DNA of 60,633 nucleotides, counting the filler. It is 4 parts of 4 records of this genome, joined end to end, with 100 filler letters (N's around TTAATTAATTAA, not from the genome) between each part and the next. Parts side by side here need not be neighbours in the genome. Positions count along the whole stretch, not along the records: positions 29,724 to 52,235 come from DRR723986_6346; 3 more parts are not named here. One strand, written 5' to 3'. The first letter of the stretch is position 1, and every line of letters starts with the position of its first letter. The position numbers and the translations under genes were made by a program. This document shows, piece after piece, positions 36,959 to 47,879 of the stretch. The notes under the pieces are model-generated. The model was not told the DNA's origin. It searched no databases and saw only the letters and a list, made by a program, of their open reading frames with translations.

Positions 36959-39900
36959 GCGCGCGTTTTTTCATCGAACGGCCGGTATTATCGATTGTTC
37001 TGTCACTGCTAATTTTGATCGCCGGTGCCACGGCGGTCGGTCAGTTGCCGATCTCGCTATACCCGCAAATCCTGCCGCCACAGATCGTTGTTACCGCCGC
37101 CTATCCCGGCGCGAATGCGGAAACCCTGGCTGAGACCGTTGCCGCCCCGTTGGAGCAGGAGCTGAACGGGGTGGAAGGGATGTTGTACATGAATACCCAG
37201 GCCTCTGCGGCGGGCCGGGTCAGTATCAATATCACCTTCGCGACTGGCACCGACCCAGACCAGGCTGCGATTGATGTGAGTAATCGTGTTGCGGTTGCCG
37301 AAAACCGCCTTCCCGAGGCCGTAAAGCGTTTGGGTATTACGGTGGATAAACGCTCGACCGATATCCTGATGATATTTTCGCTGTCGTCAGAATTGCCCCA
37401 GTACGATGCCATCTATTTAAGCAACTATGCGCTGCTCAATGTTATCGATGAGCTGCGCCGCCTGCCGGGTATTGGCAGCGCTCGGTTGATGGGCGCGCGC
37501 GACTATTCCATGCGTATTTGGCTTCAGCCTGACCGACTGGCTGAGTTGGGTCTGACACCGGCAGATGTCGCCAGAGCCATTCGCGAGCAAAATGCCAATT
37601 TTGCGGCGGGCAGTTTTGGCGCCGAGCCCGTGTCCAGCGATCAACCCTTTACCTATGCCGTGAGCACGCAAGGACGGCTGGCGACGGTAGAAGAGTTTGA
37701 AAACATTATTATTCGCGCCGAGCCAAATTCTGCCAGCCTGCATTTGGGGGACATTGCCAGGGTTGAGCTGGGTGCGAAAGATTACTCCTTTCGCGGCAGT
37801 TTTAACGGCGAACCGGCGGTCCCCGTGGCGATGTATCTTCGCCCCGGTGCCAATGCCCTGGAAACGGCCAAGGCCGCTCAACAGGTCATGGCCAAGGTTA
37901 AAGAAAACGCACCAGATGGTGTGGATATAGAGCTGGCTTTTGACGCGACGGTATTTGTAGAGCATTCGATCAAGGAGGTGGTTGCCACGTTTTTCGAGGC
38001 ATTGCTGCTGGTGATCCTGGTGATGTTTTTGTTCCTGCAAAATGTGCGCGCCACGTTTATTCCGCTGTTGGCGATCCCCGTATCGATCGTGGGAACCTTC
38101 GCCGGTTTGTATATTCTCGGCTACTCGATCAACCTGCTAACGCTGTTCGGCTTGATCCTGGCCATCGGTATTGTTGTCGACGACGCGATTATCGTGATTG
38201 AAAACGTCGAGCGTATTATGGCGGAGCAAAAATGCTCGGCCATGGACGCCGTGCGCCAGGCGATGGAAGAGGTTAGCGGCCCCCTGGTGGCCATCGTGTT
38301 AGTGCTATCTGCGGTGTTCCTGCCGGTGATTTTTGTCGACGGTTTAACGGGGGAAATGTACCGGCAGTTTGCTGTGGCGATCACGGTGTCGGTGGTGCTC
38401 TCCGGGATCGTGGCGCTCACCCTGACTCCGGCACTTTGCGCGCTAATGTTAAAGCAACACGCTCACAGCGAGGAGCCGCGCCACGGCTTCCTTGCCGGGT
38501 TTGAGCGAGCCTTTGACTGGCTGCGTGAGCTATATATTCGTATTACCGCCAGTTTTCTGCGTCATCGCTGGCGGGCGTCTGGCCTGTTTGTCCTGCTTGT
38601 GGCGGTCACATTGTTGGTCTTCTCACGTATGCCAGCGGGCTTGGTGCCTGCCGAAGATCAGGGCTATGTGATGATGGCCTACAGCACGCCTCCGGCGGCT
38701 TCCCTGTCGCGCACCAGTGCGGTAGCAGACGCGATGGCTACGCGCGTTCTGGATCAGCCGGGGGTCAAGTCCATCATGACCTTCTCCGGCTTCGATATTC
38801 TCGCCTCCACGCTGAAGACGAATGCTGCAGCGTCTTTCATAATGTTTGATGACTGGTCCGAGCGCGAGCAACCGGGCCTGGACTCTATTTCGCAAGCCCG
38901 CGCTATACCTGCTTTGGGTGCGGACCTGCTCGACGGGCGAATGATGGCGTTCAACCCGCCGCCCATTATCGGCTTGAGCAGCACAGGGGGCTTCGAGTTT
39001 TACCTGCAAAATCGGGGCGGCGGCAGCCTGCAAGACTTAAACGCTGCCGTTTGGCGCTTGGTGGCGGCGGCGAACCAGCAGCCGGAGTTGAGCCGCGTAT
39101 ACAGCACATTTCAAATGGATACGCCGCAGTACAAGCTGACGCTAGACCGGGAAAAAGCCATGAGTCTGGGTGTTCCTGTTGCCGACGTGTTCAGCACGAT
39201 GCAGGCGACCTTTGGCAGTTTGTACGTGAATGACTTCACGCTATTTGGGCGCAGCTTTCAGGTGAATTTGCAGTCCGAAGAGGAATTTCGGCAGTCCCCG
39301 GACGATTTGGGGAAAGTCTTTGTGCGCTCGCAGGAAGGCAGCTTGATTCCATTGGGCTCGCTATTAACTGTAGAGCGGGTAGTGGGCCCCGATGCGGTCA
39401 CCCGTTTCAACGGCTTTAATGCCGCCAAAGTGCTGGGGTCGGCTGCACCCGGTTACAGCTCCGGTGAGGCCATTGCGGCGCTAGAGCGCGTTGCTGCAGA
39501 GATGCTGGGTCGGGACTTTAACATTGGCTGGGTGGGCAGCGCTTACCAGGAAAAGTCGTCGAGCGGTAATTCCAGCAAGGCCTTCATCCTGGCGATTGTG
39601 ATCGTCTTTCTCATTTTGGCGGCGCAGTACGAACGCTGGTTGATGCCGACCGCGGTGGTAATGTCGGTGCCCTTTGCCTTGCTTGGGGCGGTACTTGCGG
39701 CATGGCTGCGCGGCCTGGATAACGATATTTACTTCCAGATTGGCATGGTGTGTTTGATTGGCTTGGCGAGTAAGAACGCCATTTTGATTGTTGAGTTTGC
39801 CATGCAGCAGCGCGACAAAGGCATGGCTATTGTGGACGCCGCAATGGAAGCGGTTCGCCTGCGTTTTCGTCCTATTGTTATGACCTCACTGGCCTTTACT

Positions 39901-40077
39901 CTGGGCTGCTTGCCGCTGGCACTGTCCAGTGGTGCCGGCGCCGCTAGCCGTATCGCGCTGGGGACAAGTGTGATCGGCGGCATGCTGATGGCCACCTTTG
40001 TGGCCACGATTTTTGTGCCGTTGTTTTACGTGCTGATGGCCAGCCTGGGCGAGCACTTGAAGCGCGGCGGTGAGTAA
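36955..40077 (+). CDS. HAE1 RND efflux permease (AcrB/MexB-like)
   Basis: FFIERP, AIGIVVDDAIIVIENVER, KNAILIVEFA, RFRPIVMTS. Confidence 0.95.
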   Translation: MSARFFIERPVLSIVLSLLILIAGATAVGQLPISLYPQILPPQIVVTAAYPGANAETLAETVAAPLEQELNGVEGMLYMNTQASAAGRVSINITFATGTDPDQAAIDVSNRVAVAENRLPEAVKRLGITVDKRSTDILMIFSLSSELPQYDAIYLSNYALLNVIDELRRLPGIGSARLMGARDYSMRIWLQPDRLAELGLTPADVARAIREQNANFAAGSFGAEPVSSDQPFTYAVSTQGRLATVEEFENIIIRAEPNSASLHLGDIARVELGAKDYSFRGSFNGEPAVPVAMYLRPGANALETAKAAQQVMAKVKENAPDGVDIELAFDATVFVEHSIKEVVATFFEALLLVILVMFLFLQNVRATFIPLLAIPVSIVGTFAGLYILGYSINLLTLFGLILAIGIVVDDAIIVIENVERIMAEQKCSAMDAVRQAMEEVSGPLVAIVLVLSAVFLPVIFVDGLTGEMYRQFAVAITVSVVLSGIVALTLTPALCALMLKQHAHSEEPRHGFLAGFERAFDWLRELYIRITASFLRHRWRASGLFVLLVAVTLLVFSRMPAGLVPAEDQGYVMMAYSTPPAASLSRTSAVADAMATRVLDQPGVKSIMTFSGFDILASTLKTNAAASFIMFDDWSEREQPGLDSISQARAIPALGADLLDGRMMAFNPPPIIGLSSTGGFEFYLQNRGGGSLQDLNAAVWRLVAAANQQPELSRVYSTFQMDTPQYKLTLDREKAMSLGVPVADVFSTMQATFGSLYVNDFTLFGRSFQVNLQSEEEFRQSPDDLGKVFVRSQEGSLIPLGSLLTVERVVGPDAVTRFNGFNAAKVLGSAAPGYSSGEAIAALERVAAEMLGRDFNIGWVGSAYQEKSSSGNSSKAFILAIVIVFLILAAQYERWLMPTAVVMSVPFALLGAVLAAWLRGLDNDIYFQIGMVCLIGLASKNAILIVEFAMQQRDKGMAIVDAAMEAVRLRFRPIVMTSLAFTLGCLPLALSSGAGAASRIALGTSVIGGMLMATFVATIFVPLFYVLMASLGEHLKRGGE

Positions 40078-40108
40078 TCGCCGTGGTAAAGAAAAAACGC
40101 TTCGCGAT

Positions 40109-40555
40109 TTAGTCTGTCATGCGCGCGCTGAAATCCCAGCTGGAGAAGGTTTTGGGGTGCAGACAGATCGCCACTTCATCGGCCTTGCGGCTGAGCAGCC
40201 ACTTGGCCAGGTCGCGGTTGCTGTCGCCGAGATAGCGCTCGATTAGTGACGACAGTACGTCGCCCTGGCTGTCGCTGGTCAACTCGGCAACGGCCTTGCC
40301 CCTTACGCCGCGATAGGGAATGGAGTTCACCGCGACTTCAAAGCCGCAGTTGGGGTTGGCTTCCAGCAGCCGAATAATCTTTGATGAACGATGGCTGGCG
40401 CAGTAGAAGCAGCCATTGCGATAGTAAAACCACAGTGAGCAAACCACCGGAAACCCATCGCTATCGATGGCGCTCAGGCGCAGGGGAATGGTAGCGGTCT
40501 CGACAAAGCTGGTGTCCTGCATGGGAAGGATGCCCTCTATACAATCGCGATTCAT
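40109..40555 (-). CDS. pyridoxamine 5'-phosphate oxidase-family (split-barrel) protein
   Basis: RLSAIDSDGFPVVCSLWF, SKIIRLLEANP, YRGVRGK. Confidence 0.8.
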   Translation of the reverse strand: MNRDCIEGILPMQDTSFVETATIPLRLSAIDSDGFPVVCSLWFYYRNGCFYCASHRSSKIIRLLEANPNCGFEVAVNSIPYRGVRGKAVAELTSDSQGDVLSSLIERYLGDSNRDLAKWLLSRKADEVAICLHPKTFSSWDFSARMTD

Positions 40556-41412
40556 TCACCCTTGTTAAGGGTAATTCCGCGGTCGCTGATAATAATTTTT
40601 CGTTCTTTATATAGTCGGCTCAGGCCTTGCTTAAAGGCTTTTTTACTGACGCCGAAAATGCGTTTGATCGCCTCGGGGGGGCTCTTGTCTCCGAGCGCAA
40701 GGAAGCCGTCATTGGCATCTAGCTGCCGCAATATGAGTTCGGCGATATCGGGCGCGCGCTCTCGGGCTGGTTTGTTCAGCGTCAAATCCAGGCGCTGGTC
40801 CGGGCGGACGCGCTGTATCCACCCCGATAAGCGCTCGCCGCGACGCAGAGGCTTATTCAGTTCACTGTCGTACAGTAGTCCCCAGACGCAATGGTTTACG
40901 ACACATTTATAGCCTAACTCGGTTTTGTTCGCGACGTGAATGCTAACGCGGTCGCCACTGTTCAGTCGCTGCTTCTCATTATCGGGGAGGCTGTGCAGGC
41001 TGTCGGCAATATGTTTGTCCAGTCGCATTGTGGCGACCAGTCTGCCGCGCAGGTCAGTGTATGCCATGACTAATACCGCCTGACCCTCTCGCACGGTGCC
41101 AAGCTGTTCGCTGTGGGGGAGCAATAGCTCCTTATTCAGCCCCCAGTCGAGGAAGGCGCCCACAGTAGTGATCGCGCTAACCCGCAGCAGTCCCACTTCA
41201 TTGCACAACAGCTCGGGGCGTTGTAGGGAGGCGATCAAGCTGCCATCGTTGTCGTGCAGCACGAAAACCTCCAATGCGTCGCCAACGCTACAGTCCTGCG
41301 GGCTTTGGCGGGCATTGAGAAAAATATCGCCGAGTTGGCCGCCGTCCAGATAGGTGCCGGCACTGGTAATACGGCTGACGATGAGTGTGTTCATGCGTCC
41401 AATAGCGGGCAT
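40552..41412 (-). CDS. cvfB: CvfB/YitL family S1-domain protein
   Basis: IGRMNTL, GAFLDWGLNKELLLP, C-terminal winged helix DKSPPEAIKRIFGVSKKAFKQGLSRLYK. Confidence 0.88.
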   Translation of the reverse strand: MPAIGRMNTLIVSRITSAGTYLDGGQLGDIFLNARQSPQDCSVGDALEVFVLHDNDGSLIASLQRPELLCNEVGLLRVSAITTVGAFLDWGLNKELLLPHSEQLGTVREGQAVLVMAYTDLRGRLVATMRLDKHIADSLHSLPDNEKQRLNSGDRVSIHVANKTELGYKCVVNHCVWGLLYDSELNKPLRRGERLSGWIQRVRPDQRLDLTLNKPARERAPDIAELILRQLDANDGFLALGDKSPPEAIKRIFGVSKKAFKQGLSRLYKERKIIISDRGITLNKGE

Positions 41413-41500
41413 GGTATTTCCTCGGCGGTTCAATGGATCGCGATTATGACGCTTGATAGAGGGCGTCGCCAGTGTTGTTCTGCTCTGTGTTGATGAGTAT

Positions 41501-42520
41501 TCAGTCGCCGCTATCGATGGCAAATAGCTTGCGTCGCACACTGCGGCGAAACTGCCCCGGGGTCATGGAATAGTACTGCCTGAATAGTTTGCCAAAGTAA
41601 CTGACGTCGCTATAGCCGCACAGCGGGCTGATGTCCTCGATAGCCAAGTTGGTATTCTTGAGTAATTCTCGCGCGGCATCCAGCCTAAGACGCTGCAGGT
41701 ACTGCAGGGGTGACTGACCACAGGCGTGGTGAAAGCGGCGCTGAAAACTGCGCTGACTTAGCCCGCTGCGCTCAGCCAGTTCTTTCATGTTGATCGTGTC
41801 GGCGAGGTGTCGATGCATCCAGCTTTGGGCCAGGGCGATCACTTCGTCGCCGTGGCGTGCGCTGTGTTCGCCCCGGTAGGCCTGGTTGGCGAAGGGCTGG
41901 CGGCTTTCTGGCGAAAATTGCTGTGTTGCCCGCTGTGCAATCTCCGGCCCCCAGTGTCGATCGATGAGGTGGATAATTAGGTCGGCGGCGCTATTCACGC
42001 TGCCGGTGCAGTACAGCGAGCCAGCTTGGGTGATTAAGTGGTCGCGCTGCATTTGAATATTGGGGTAGCGTTGCTCGAAGTCGTCGAAATAGTGCCAGTG
42101 TGTGGTCGCCGGTCGGTTGTCGAGCAAACCGGCCTCGGCGAGAAAGTAGCTGGCGTTGCCAACGGCGCAAATTTCGCAGCCGCGCAAGGCCAGCTGGCGA
42201 AGCCATTGCTGTACATCCCGGCGCTGCGGGCCACCGCGAAGCGGGTGACGCCAGCGACTGGCAATAATCAAAATATCGGGCTGAGGCCAGTCGTTTAGCG
42301 GGCGCTCGTCGCTCAATACCTCATCGACGTCCAGCTGAATTCCCCCGGAAACCCTAATAGGGGAGGGCTCCAGGCTAATCGTCGATAGTTTGGCAGGGGC
42401 GCTCTGCCGGCGGCTGAGAAATAGGTGGTTGCAGGACTGCAGCAGCTCCATTGGCAAACAGAGGCTGGTGGCTAAGGCATGATTAAAGCCGAGTAGGCCT
42501 ATATGTCGTTGACGTTGCAT
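41501..42520 (-). CDS. GlxA-family (DJ-1/AraC) transcriptional regulator
   Basis: LAEAGLLDNRPATTHW; AraC HTH at C-terminus; divergent from fabY. Confidence 0.9.
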   Translation of the reverse strand: MQRQRHIGLLGFNHALATSLCLPMELLQSCNHLFLSRRQSAPAKLSTISLEPSPIRVSGGIQLDVDEVLSDERPLNDWPQPDILIIASRWRHPLRGGPQRRDVQQWLRQLALRGCEICAVGNASYFLAEAGLLDNRPATTHWHYFDDFEQRYPNIQMQRDHLITQAGSLYCTGSVNSAADLIIHLIDRHWGPEIAQRATQQFSPESRQPFANQAYRGEHSARHGDEVIALAQSWMHRHLADTINMKELAERSGLSQRSFQRRFHHACGQSPLQYLQRLRLDAARELLKNTNLAIEDISPLCGYSDVSYFGKLFRQYYSMTPGQFRRSVRRKLFAIDSGD

Positions 42521-42635
42521 AATGTTGACACTGTTGTCGTTAATGCCATATTTAATGGCCAATTTATCACTATATGCCCGGGATTGGCTACGTACACTGC
42601 TGGCTTGAAAATTCGAGTCGTGTTGTTGAGGTGGT

Positions 42636-44522
42636 GTGTCAGTGAGTCATTTACCCGTGGTTGTTGGTTTTGGCGGCGTTAATCCTGCAGGGCGCAGTTC
42701 TTTTCATCATGGCTATCGCCGCCTGGTGCTTGATGCACTGCCGCTGGCGGCGCAGCAGCGCACCTTGCAAAGCCTTGCTGCCCTGATGGGCGTGGATGAG
42801 CGCATGCCAGAGGCGGAACGCCGCCAACATATACTGGCCCATACCCTGATTCGCAAAATCGAGTCTGCGGCTTTTGATGTCGAGCAGGTGGCCTGGAACA
42901 AGCGACTGCACCTAGAAGGGGGAACGGGGCAGTTTGAGTTTGTGACCTCCGCCAAGCAATTACCTGAGCGTGTGCCTGAGGGCTGGGCGCTGCGTGATAT
43001 CGGTGGCGGTAAGGTGGCGGTTACCCTCGACGGTGGACTGGATATGCTGTTGCCGACGCATCGCAAAATGGATGTTTCCAGTGCGGGGCAACTGCCAACG
43101 GGCTTTGATCCCAGCAATTACTACAGTGCCCGCAACCATCCGCGGGGCTTGCAATTATCAGTATTCGGGGCGTCCGATGCCCTGCAGTCGATGGGGGTCG
43201 ATTGGGATACGGTGCGCGCCAGTGTCCACCCTGACCAAATATCTGTGTACGCCAGCTCGGCAATGGCGCAGCTCGATGATGCGGGCTTTGGCGGTCTGCT
43301 GGCCGCGCGTGCCAACGGTGGCCGCGTTAGCTCCAAGCAACTGGCACTGGGCTTAGCCGATATGCCCGCCGATTTTGTCAGTGCCTACGTGTTGGGGAAT
43401 GTCGGTGGCACTGGGCCCAGCTTGGGAGCTTGTGCGACGTTTTTCTACAACCTGCGTCAGGCCGTGCAAGACATCCGCAGTGGTGCCGTGCGCGTTGCGG
43501 TGGTAGGGGCAGCAGAAGCGGGAATAGATCCGCGCGTGATGGATGGTTACGCCACCATGGGGGCCTTGGCCACGGATGCTGACTTGCTTAAGTTGGACGC
43601 CGGTTCGGGGCGTAGCGAAGCGGATTACCGCAGGGCAAGTCGACCGTTCAGCAGCAACTGCGGGTTTACCATTGCTGAGGCGAGTCAGTTCGTCGTGTTG
43701 TTTGACGACGCGCTGGCCCTTGAGTTGGGCGCGCAGGTGCATGCCGCGGTGCCCGAGGTCTTTGTAAATGCCGATGGCTATAAGAAGTCCATTTCATCGC
43801 CGGGCGTGGGGAATTACCTCACTGTTGCCAAGGCAACCTCAGCGGCAGGGGCGATTATTGGCGAGCACGCGCTGAAGACGCGCTCATTCGTTCAGGCGCA
43901 TGGCACCAGCACGCCGCAAAACCGTGTGAGTGAATCGCATATCCTTAACGAAACCGCCAAGGCCTTCGGGATTGAGCGCTGGCCTGTCGCCGCGATTAAA
44001 GCCTACCTGGGTCACAGTATCGGCGCGGCCTCCGGCGATCAGTTAGTTTCCAGCCTGGGGATATGGCGCGACAATATCCTGCCGGGTATCACCACCATTG
44101 ACCACATTGCCGACGATGTGCAGCGCAGCAACCTGCACTTGCCCATGTCGCACCTCGAACTTGAAGAAGACAGCATGGATGCGGCAATTCTTAATGCCAA
44201 AGGCTTTGGTGGTAACAACGCCAGTGTGTGCCTGTTGTCGCCGCAATTTACTGAGCGCCTATTGCGGGGGCGTCACGGCAGCCACGCCTGGAAAGGCTAC
44301 TGCGAGCGCCGAGAAGAGTCTGTCGCTCAAGCGAATGCCTATGATGAGGCGGCGCTTCGCGGTGAGTTGTCGGTGCGTTACCAGTTTGGCGACGGAGTGC
44401 TTGAATCTGACGACCTGGATATACAGGCCGATAGTATCGGCATTGCCGGCTGGCTGAAGCGCGTGGAACTGCCCAATACATCGCCCTACACATCCTGGCT
44501 GGCCAGTGAGGATGCGCAGTAA
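42636..44522 (+). CDS. fabY: beta-ketoacyl-ACP synthase, FabY type
   Basis: LPVVVGFGGVNPAGRSSFH, HPRGLQL, GACATF, DGYKKSISSPG, AHGTSTPQN, GHS, KGFGGNNA; 628 aa. Confidence 0.85.
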   Translation: MSVSHLPVVVGFGGVNPAGRSSFHHGYRRLVLDALPLAAQQRTLQSLAALMGVDERMPEAERRQHILAHTLIRKIESAAFDVEQVAWNKRLHLEGGTGQFEFVTSAKQLPERVPEGWALRDIGGGKVAVTLDGGLDMLLPTHRKMDVSSAGQLPTGFDPSNYYSARNHPRGLQLSVFGASDALQSMGVDWDTVRASVHPDQISVYASSAMAQLDDAGFGGLLAARANGGRVSSKQLALGLADMPADFVSAYVLGNVGGTGPSLGACATFFYNLRQAVQDIRSGAVRVAVVGAAEAGIDPRVMDGYATMGALATDADLLKLDAGSGRSEADYRRASRPFSSNCGFTIAEASQFVVLFDDALALELGAQVHAAVPEVFVNADGYKKSISSPGVGNYLTVAKATSAAGAIIGEHALKTRSFVQAHGTSTPQNRVSESHILNETAKAFGIERWPVAAIKAYLGHSIGAASGDQLVSSLGIWRDNILPGITTIDHIADDVQRSNLHLPMSHLELEEDSMDAAILNAKGFGGNNASVCLLSPQFTERLLRGRHGSHAWKGYCERREESVAQANAYDEAALRGELSVRYQFGDGVLESDDLDIQADSIGIAGWLKRVELPNTSPYTSWLASEDAQ

Positions 44523-44633
44523 GAATCGTTACCCCTCGGATATCGGCTAAATACCCTCCGGCAACTACGGATGCTGCTGTGCGTTTTTTTCTGGCCAACT
44601 GACGGTGTAGAAATCGGCAGATAAAGGGGGAGC

Positions 44634-45059
44634 ATGATGCGAGAGTATTTACGCCACCCAAGTAATATTCCGGTTGATGTCGAAGTTATCGAAGAGCCGG
44701 GCGTTTGTCCTGCTCAAGCATGCGATGTCAGTGTTGCGGGCCTGTGTTGCCAGGTGGAAACGCCCGTAAAGCCCGGTTGTGATATCCGGTTTCGCGTGCC
44801 GTCGCTGTCGTTTGACTACACCGGCTTGGGCCGCGTGGTGTGGTGTCGCCGTCGTGGCCAACAATACCAATTGGGTATTGAGTTTTGCTCGGGTCGCGAC
44901 GCCTACCGGGCTCGTATGGTGGAACAGGTCTGTCAGATAGAGGCCTATCGCCAACAGGTCGCCGAAAATGAAGGGCGCATACTCACTGGTGAAGAGGCTG
45001 CGGCCGAGTGGATAGACCGTTTTGCAGCCGATTTCGATAAACGCTTTGCCATGGGCTGA
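44634..45059 (+). CDS. PilZ-domain c-di-GMP receptor
   Basis: RxxxR (REYLR) and DxSxxG (DVSVAG), GRVVWC. Confidence 0.9.
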   Translation: MMREYLRHPSNIPVDVEVIEEPGVCPAQACDVSVAGLCCQVETPVKPGCDIRFRVPSLSFDYTGLGRVVWCRRRGQQYQLGIEFCSGRDAYRARMVEQVCQIEAYRQQVAENEGRILTGEEAAAEWIDRFAADFDKRFAMG

Positions 45060-45208
45060 GATCGTCCTCCCCGCCATTTCCCCAAAAAAACCTCCTATCG
45101 CCAGATGTCGTCAAGATGTCGGTACATTTGTGTCGAGCAAGACAGAACGCGGGATTCATGATTGAATACTCGTCCCGTCAGGGATGCGAGAATAGAGGAC
45201 GAGAATAG

Positions 45209-45721
45209 ATGAATCACGAAGCGAGCTCTCGGGTGCTGATTAAACTGCCCAGAGATCGAGCCTGGGCGCTGCTGCAAGATCTGACGTTGGCCCATCACTA
45301 TGTTCCCGGTGTGCTGCGCTGTGAGCTCCATGGTGAACAGCGGCATGGCGTCGGTGCTAGCCGTCGGGTACACCAAAAAATGGGCCGTTGGATGGATGAA
45401 ACCGTTACCGAGTGGAGTGAAGGTAGTGGCTTTGTTATCCGCTTGCACCGCGAGAATAAAGGGCCTGCCGCGCCCTTTAAAAAAGCCCAGTTTCGCTATC
45501 GCCTCGAAGACGCCGGACATGGCCAAACCGCGCTGACGACCAGTCTCATGTTTGATATGCGGTGGGGAGGTTTTGGGCGACTCCTGTATCGTCGCCTGAT
45601 GGCCGGCGCCTTTCGCGGAATCATCCGTACCATTAGCCTCAATATGAAAGCCTATTATGAATCCCGGGCTGACGAGCCGGTTAACCTCGCTGATACTCAG
45701 ACAGTCGGAGAGGGGCAGTGA
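45209..45721 (+). CDS. SRPBCC/polyketide cyclase family protein
   Basis: AWALLQD, GVGASR, ETVTEW. Confidence 0.8.
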   Translation: MNHEASSRVLIKLPRDRAWALLQDLTLAHHYVPGVLRCELHGEQRHGVGASRRVHQKMGRWMDETVTEWSEGSGFVIRLHRENKGPAAPFKKAQFRYRLEDAGHGQTALTTSLMFDMRWGGFGRLLYRRLMAGAFRGIIRTISLNMKAYYESRADEPVNLADTQTVGEGQ

Positions 45722-46284
45722 TGGACGCGTTACAGTTGTTGCAACAGCGAAACTCTGCCAGCAAATTAGCTGAGCCGGCGCCGAGTGAAAGCGAAATGGC
45801 CGACGTGTTTGCCGCGGCGGCCCGTGCCCCGGATCACGCCCGCCTGCGGCCGTGGCGCTTCAGAGTGATAGAGGGTGATGCGCGCGCACGGCTTGGCGAG
45901 CTCTACGCCGATGCTGCCAAACGCCGAAACCCGACACTTGGCGAAGCGGATTTGCAGCGTTTTCGCCGCCAACCCCTACGTGCACCAATGATTCTGGTGG
46001 TATCGGCGCTCGTGCAAGCGCACCCAAAGGTGCCAAAAATTGAGCAATTACTTTCCGCTGGCTGCGCGGCACATGCGAGTTTGTTGGCGCTTGAGGCGCT
46101 GGGCTACGCGGCCATTTGGCGCACCGGCGACCACGCCTTCGACCCCCAGGTTATGGCTGGTCTGGGTATGCAAGAAAACGAAGAGGTCATTGGATTTTTA
46201 TACGTCGGCAGTCGCGATGGCGCAGCCAAACCCTTGCCCGCAGTGGCGCCGAACGAATTTGTTGAGAAGTGGACTGGACTATGA
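45718..46284 (+). CDS. nitroreductase, YdjA-like
   Basis: QRNS, RAPDHARLRPWRF, RAPMI, AIWRTG, GFLYVG. Confidence 0.9.
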   Translation: MMDALQLLQQRNSASKLAEPAPSESEMADVFAAAARAPDHARLRPWRFRVIEGDARARLGELYADAAKRRNPTLGEADLQRFRRQPLRAPMILVVSALVQAHPKVPKIEQLLSAGCAAHASLLALEALGYAAIWRTGDHAFDPQVMAGLGMQENEEVIGFLYVGSRDGAAKPLPAVAPNEFVEKWTGL

Positions 46285-47111
46285 ATATTGTTGAACCCCC
46301 CGTATATGAAACCCTGGCGCTGCGTATGGAGCAGCATGTGGCGTGGGTTGCGCTAAACCGCCCCGACAAAGCCAACGCCATGAATGAGGCGATGTGGAAC
46401 GAGCTTCAAGCGTGCTTTGAGTGGTGTGATGGTGAGAGCAGCGTTCGGGCTGTTGTATTGTGCGGCGAGGGCAAGAATTTCTGTGCGGGTATCGATCTGG
46501 GAATGTTTGCCGGTCTGGCTGAGGTCATGGCGAAACAGCCCGAGTTGGGTCGTCGCATCGAATGGTTTCGGCGCCATATCAAGTCCTTACAGGCCAATTT
46601 AACGGCCATTGAACTGTGTCGAAAGCCGGTAATTGCGGCGATTCAGGGGAACTGTGTCGGCGGCGGTATCGACATGGTCAGCGCCTGTGATATGCGCTTC
46701 TGTGCTGATAATGCACAGTTCTCCATCAAGGAAATCGATATCGGCATCGTTGCCGATGTAGGCACCTTGCAGCGTCTTCCCAAGCTCATTTCCCCTGGCC
46801 GTGTTAGCGAGTTGGCGCTGAGCGGTCGCAACGTGGGTGCGGCGGAAGCGGAGCGCATCGGGCTGGTCAATACCGCCTATAACTCCTACGAGGAAATGAT
46901 CGAGGCGGTATCAGAGCTGGCGCAGAGTATTGCTCGCAAGTCACCCCTGGCCGTGCGGGGCACCAAGGAAATGATCCGTTACAGTCGCGACCACAGTGTC
47001 GAAGATGCCCTGAATTACGTCGCCACATGGAATGCGGGAATGCTCAGCCAAGAAGACGCGATGCTGGCAATCTCCGCGGCAAACGGCGAGTCGCCAGATT
47101 TTAAAGACTAG
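46281..47111 (+). CDS. crotonase/enoyl-CoA hydratase family (dienoyl-CoA isomerase-like)
   Basis: LNRPDKANAM, FCAGIDL, CVGGGIDM, EIDIGIVADVGTLQRLP. Confidence 0.9.
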   Translation: MNIVEPPVYETLALRMEQHVAWVALNRPDKANAMNEAMWNELQACFEWCDGESSVRAVVLCGEGKNFCAGIDLGMFAGLAEVMAKQPELGRRIEWFRRHIKSLQANLTAIELCRKPVIAAIQGNCVGGGIDMVSACDMRFCADNAQFSIKEIDIGIVADVGTLQRLPKLISPGRVSELALSGRNVGAAEAERIGLVNTAYNSYEEMIEAVSELAQSIARKSPLAVRGTKEMIRYSRDHSVEDALNYVATWNAGMLSQEDAMLAISAANGESPDFKD

Positions 47112-47237
47112 TCAGCCAAGATTACTATTCGTTTAGGAAAGGGGGATTTTGCTCGACCGAGCTTGTTCCCCTTTCTTCTGTTGGTAAACTACCTGTAACC
47201 TGCAGCGCCTTAGATGCTGCCTCGGTGATAATAATCA

Positions 47238-47813
47238 ATGCAAAAAAATACGATTTTCAAGAGTGCGCTGATCCGCTTTTTCCTCCGGCCGTTTTTCAAG
47301 CTCACCACGCGTCTGTTGGGGTGGAAAATATTGGGTGAAAAGCCAGAGCACAAAAAATGTGTGCTGATCGCGGTGCCGCATACCAGTAACTGGGACTTTC
47401 CAACCATGATGGTGATCGCCTTCGTTCTGGGGCTGGATGTCCACTGGATGGGAAAACACACCCTGTTTCCTCGCGGCCCCCTCGGCGCCATTATGAAGTG
47501 GTTCGGTGGTATCGCCGTCGACCGTCGCAAAAACCACAATATGGTTGAGCAGATGGCTGAAGAATTCAGTCAGCGCGACGAGATGATGTTGATTATTACC
47601 CCGGAGGGCACACGCAGCGCGGTGAACCGCTGGAAAGGCGGCTTTTACCATATCGCGCAAGCCGCCGGTGTACCGGTGATCCTGGGCTATGTGGATAGCA
47701 ATACAAAAACAATGGGCTTGGGCCCGGCATTTTTCCCTACCGGGGATTACGATGCTGACTTGGCAGAAATTGCCAATTTTTATAAGGGAATGCGCGGGCT
47801 TAAAAAGCAGTAG
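47238..47813 (+). CDS. lysophospholipid acyltransferase family protein
   Basis: PHTSNWD, VDRR, ITPEGTRS. Confidence 0.9.
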   Translation: MQKNTIFKSALIRFFLRPFFKLTTRLLGWKILGEKPEHKKCVLIAVPHTSNWDFPTMMVIAFVLGLDVHWMGKHTLFPRGPLGAIMKWFGGIAVDRRKNHNMVEQMAEEFSQRDEMMLIITPEGTRSAVNRWKGGFYHIAQAAGVPVILGYVDSNTKTMGLGPAFFPTGDYDADLAEIANFYKGMRGLKKQ

Positions 47814-47879
47814 ACGCGAGCGTCACGGCCCCCATTCTCGACATAAATCAATAATAAACGACAGTCACTGGGGCTCACT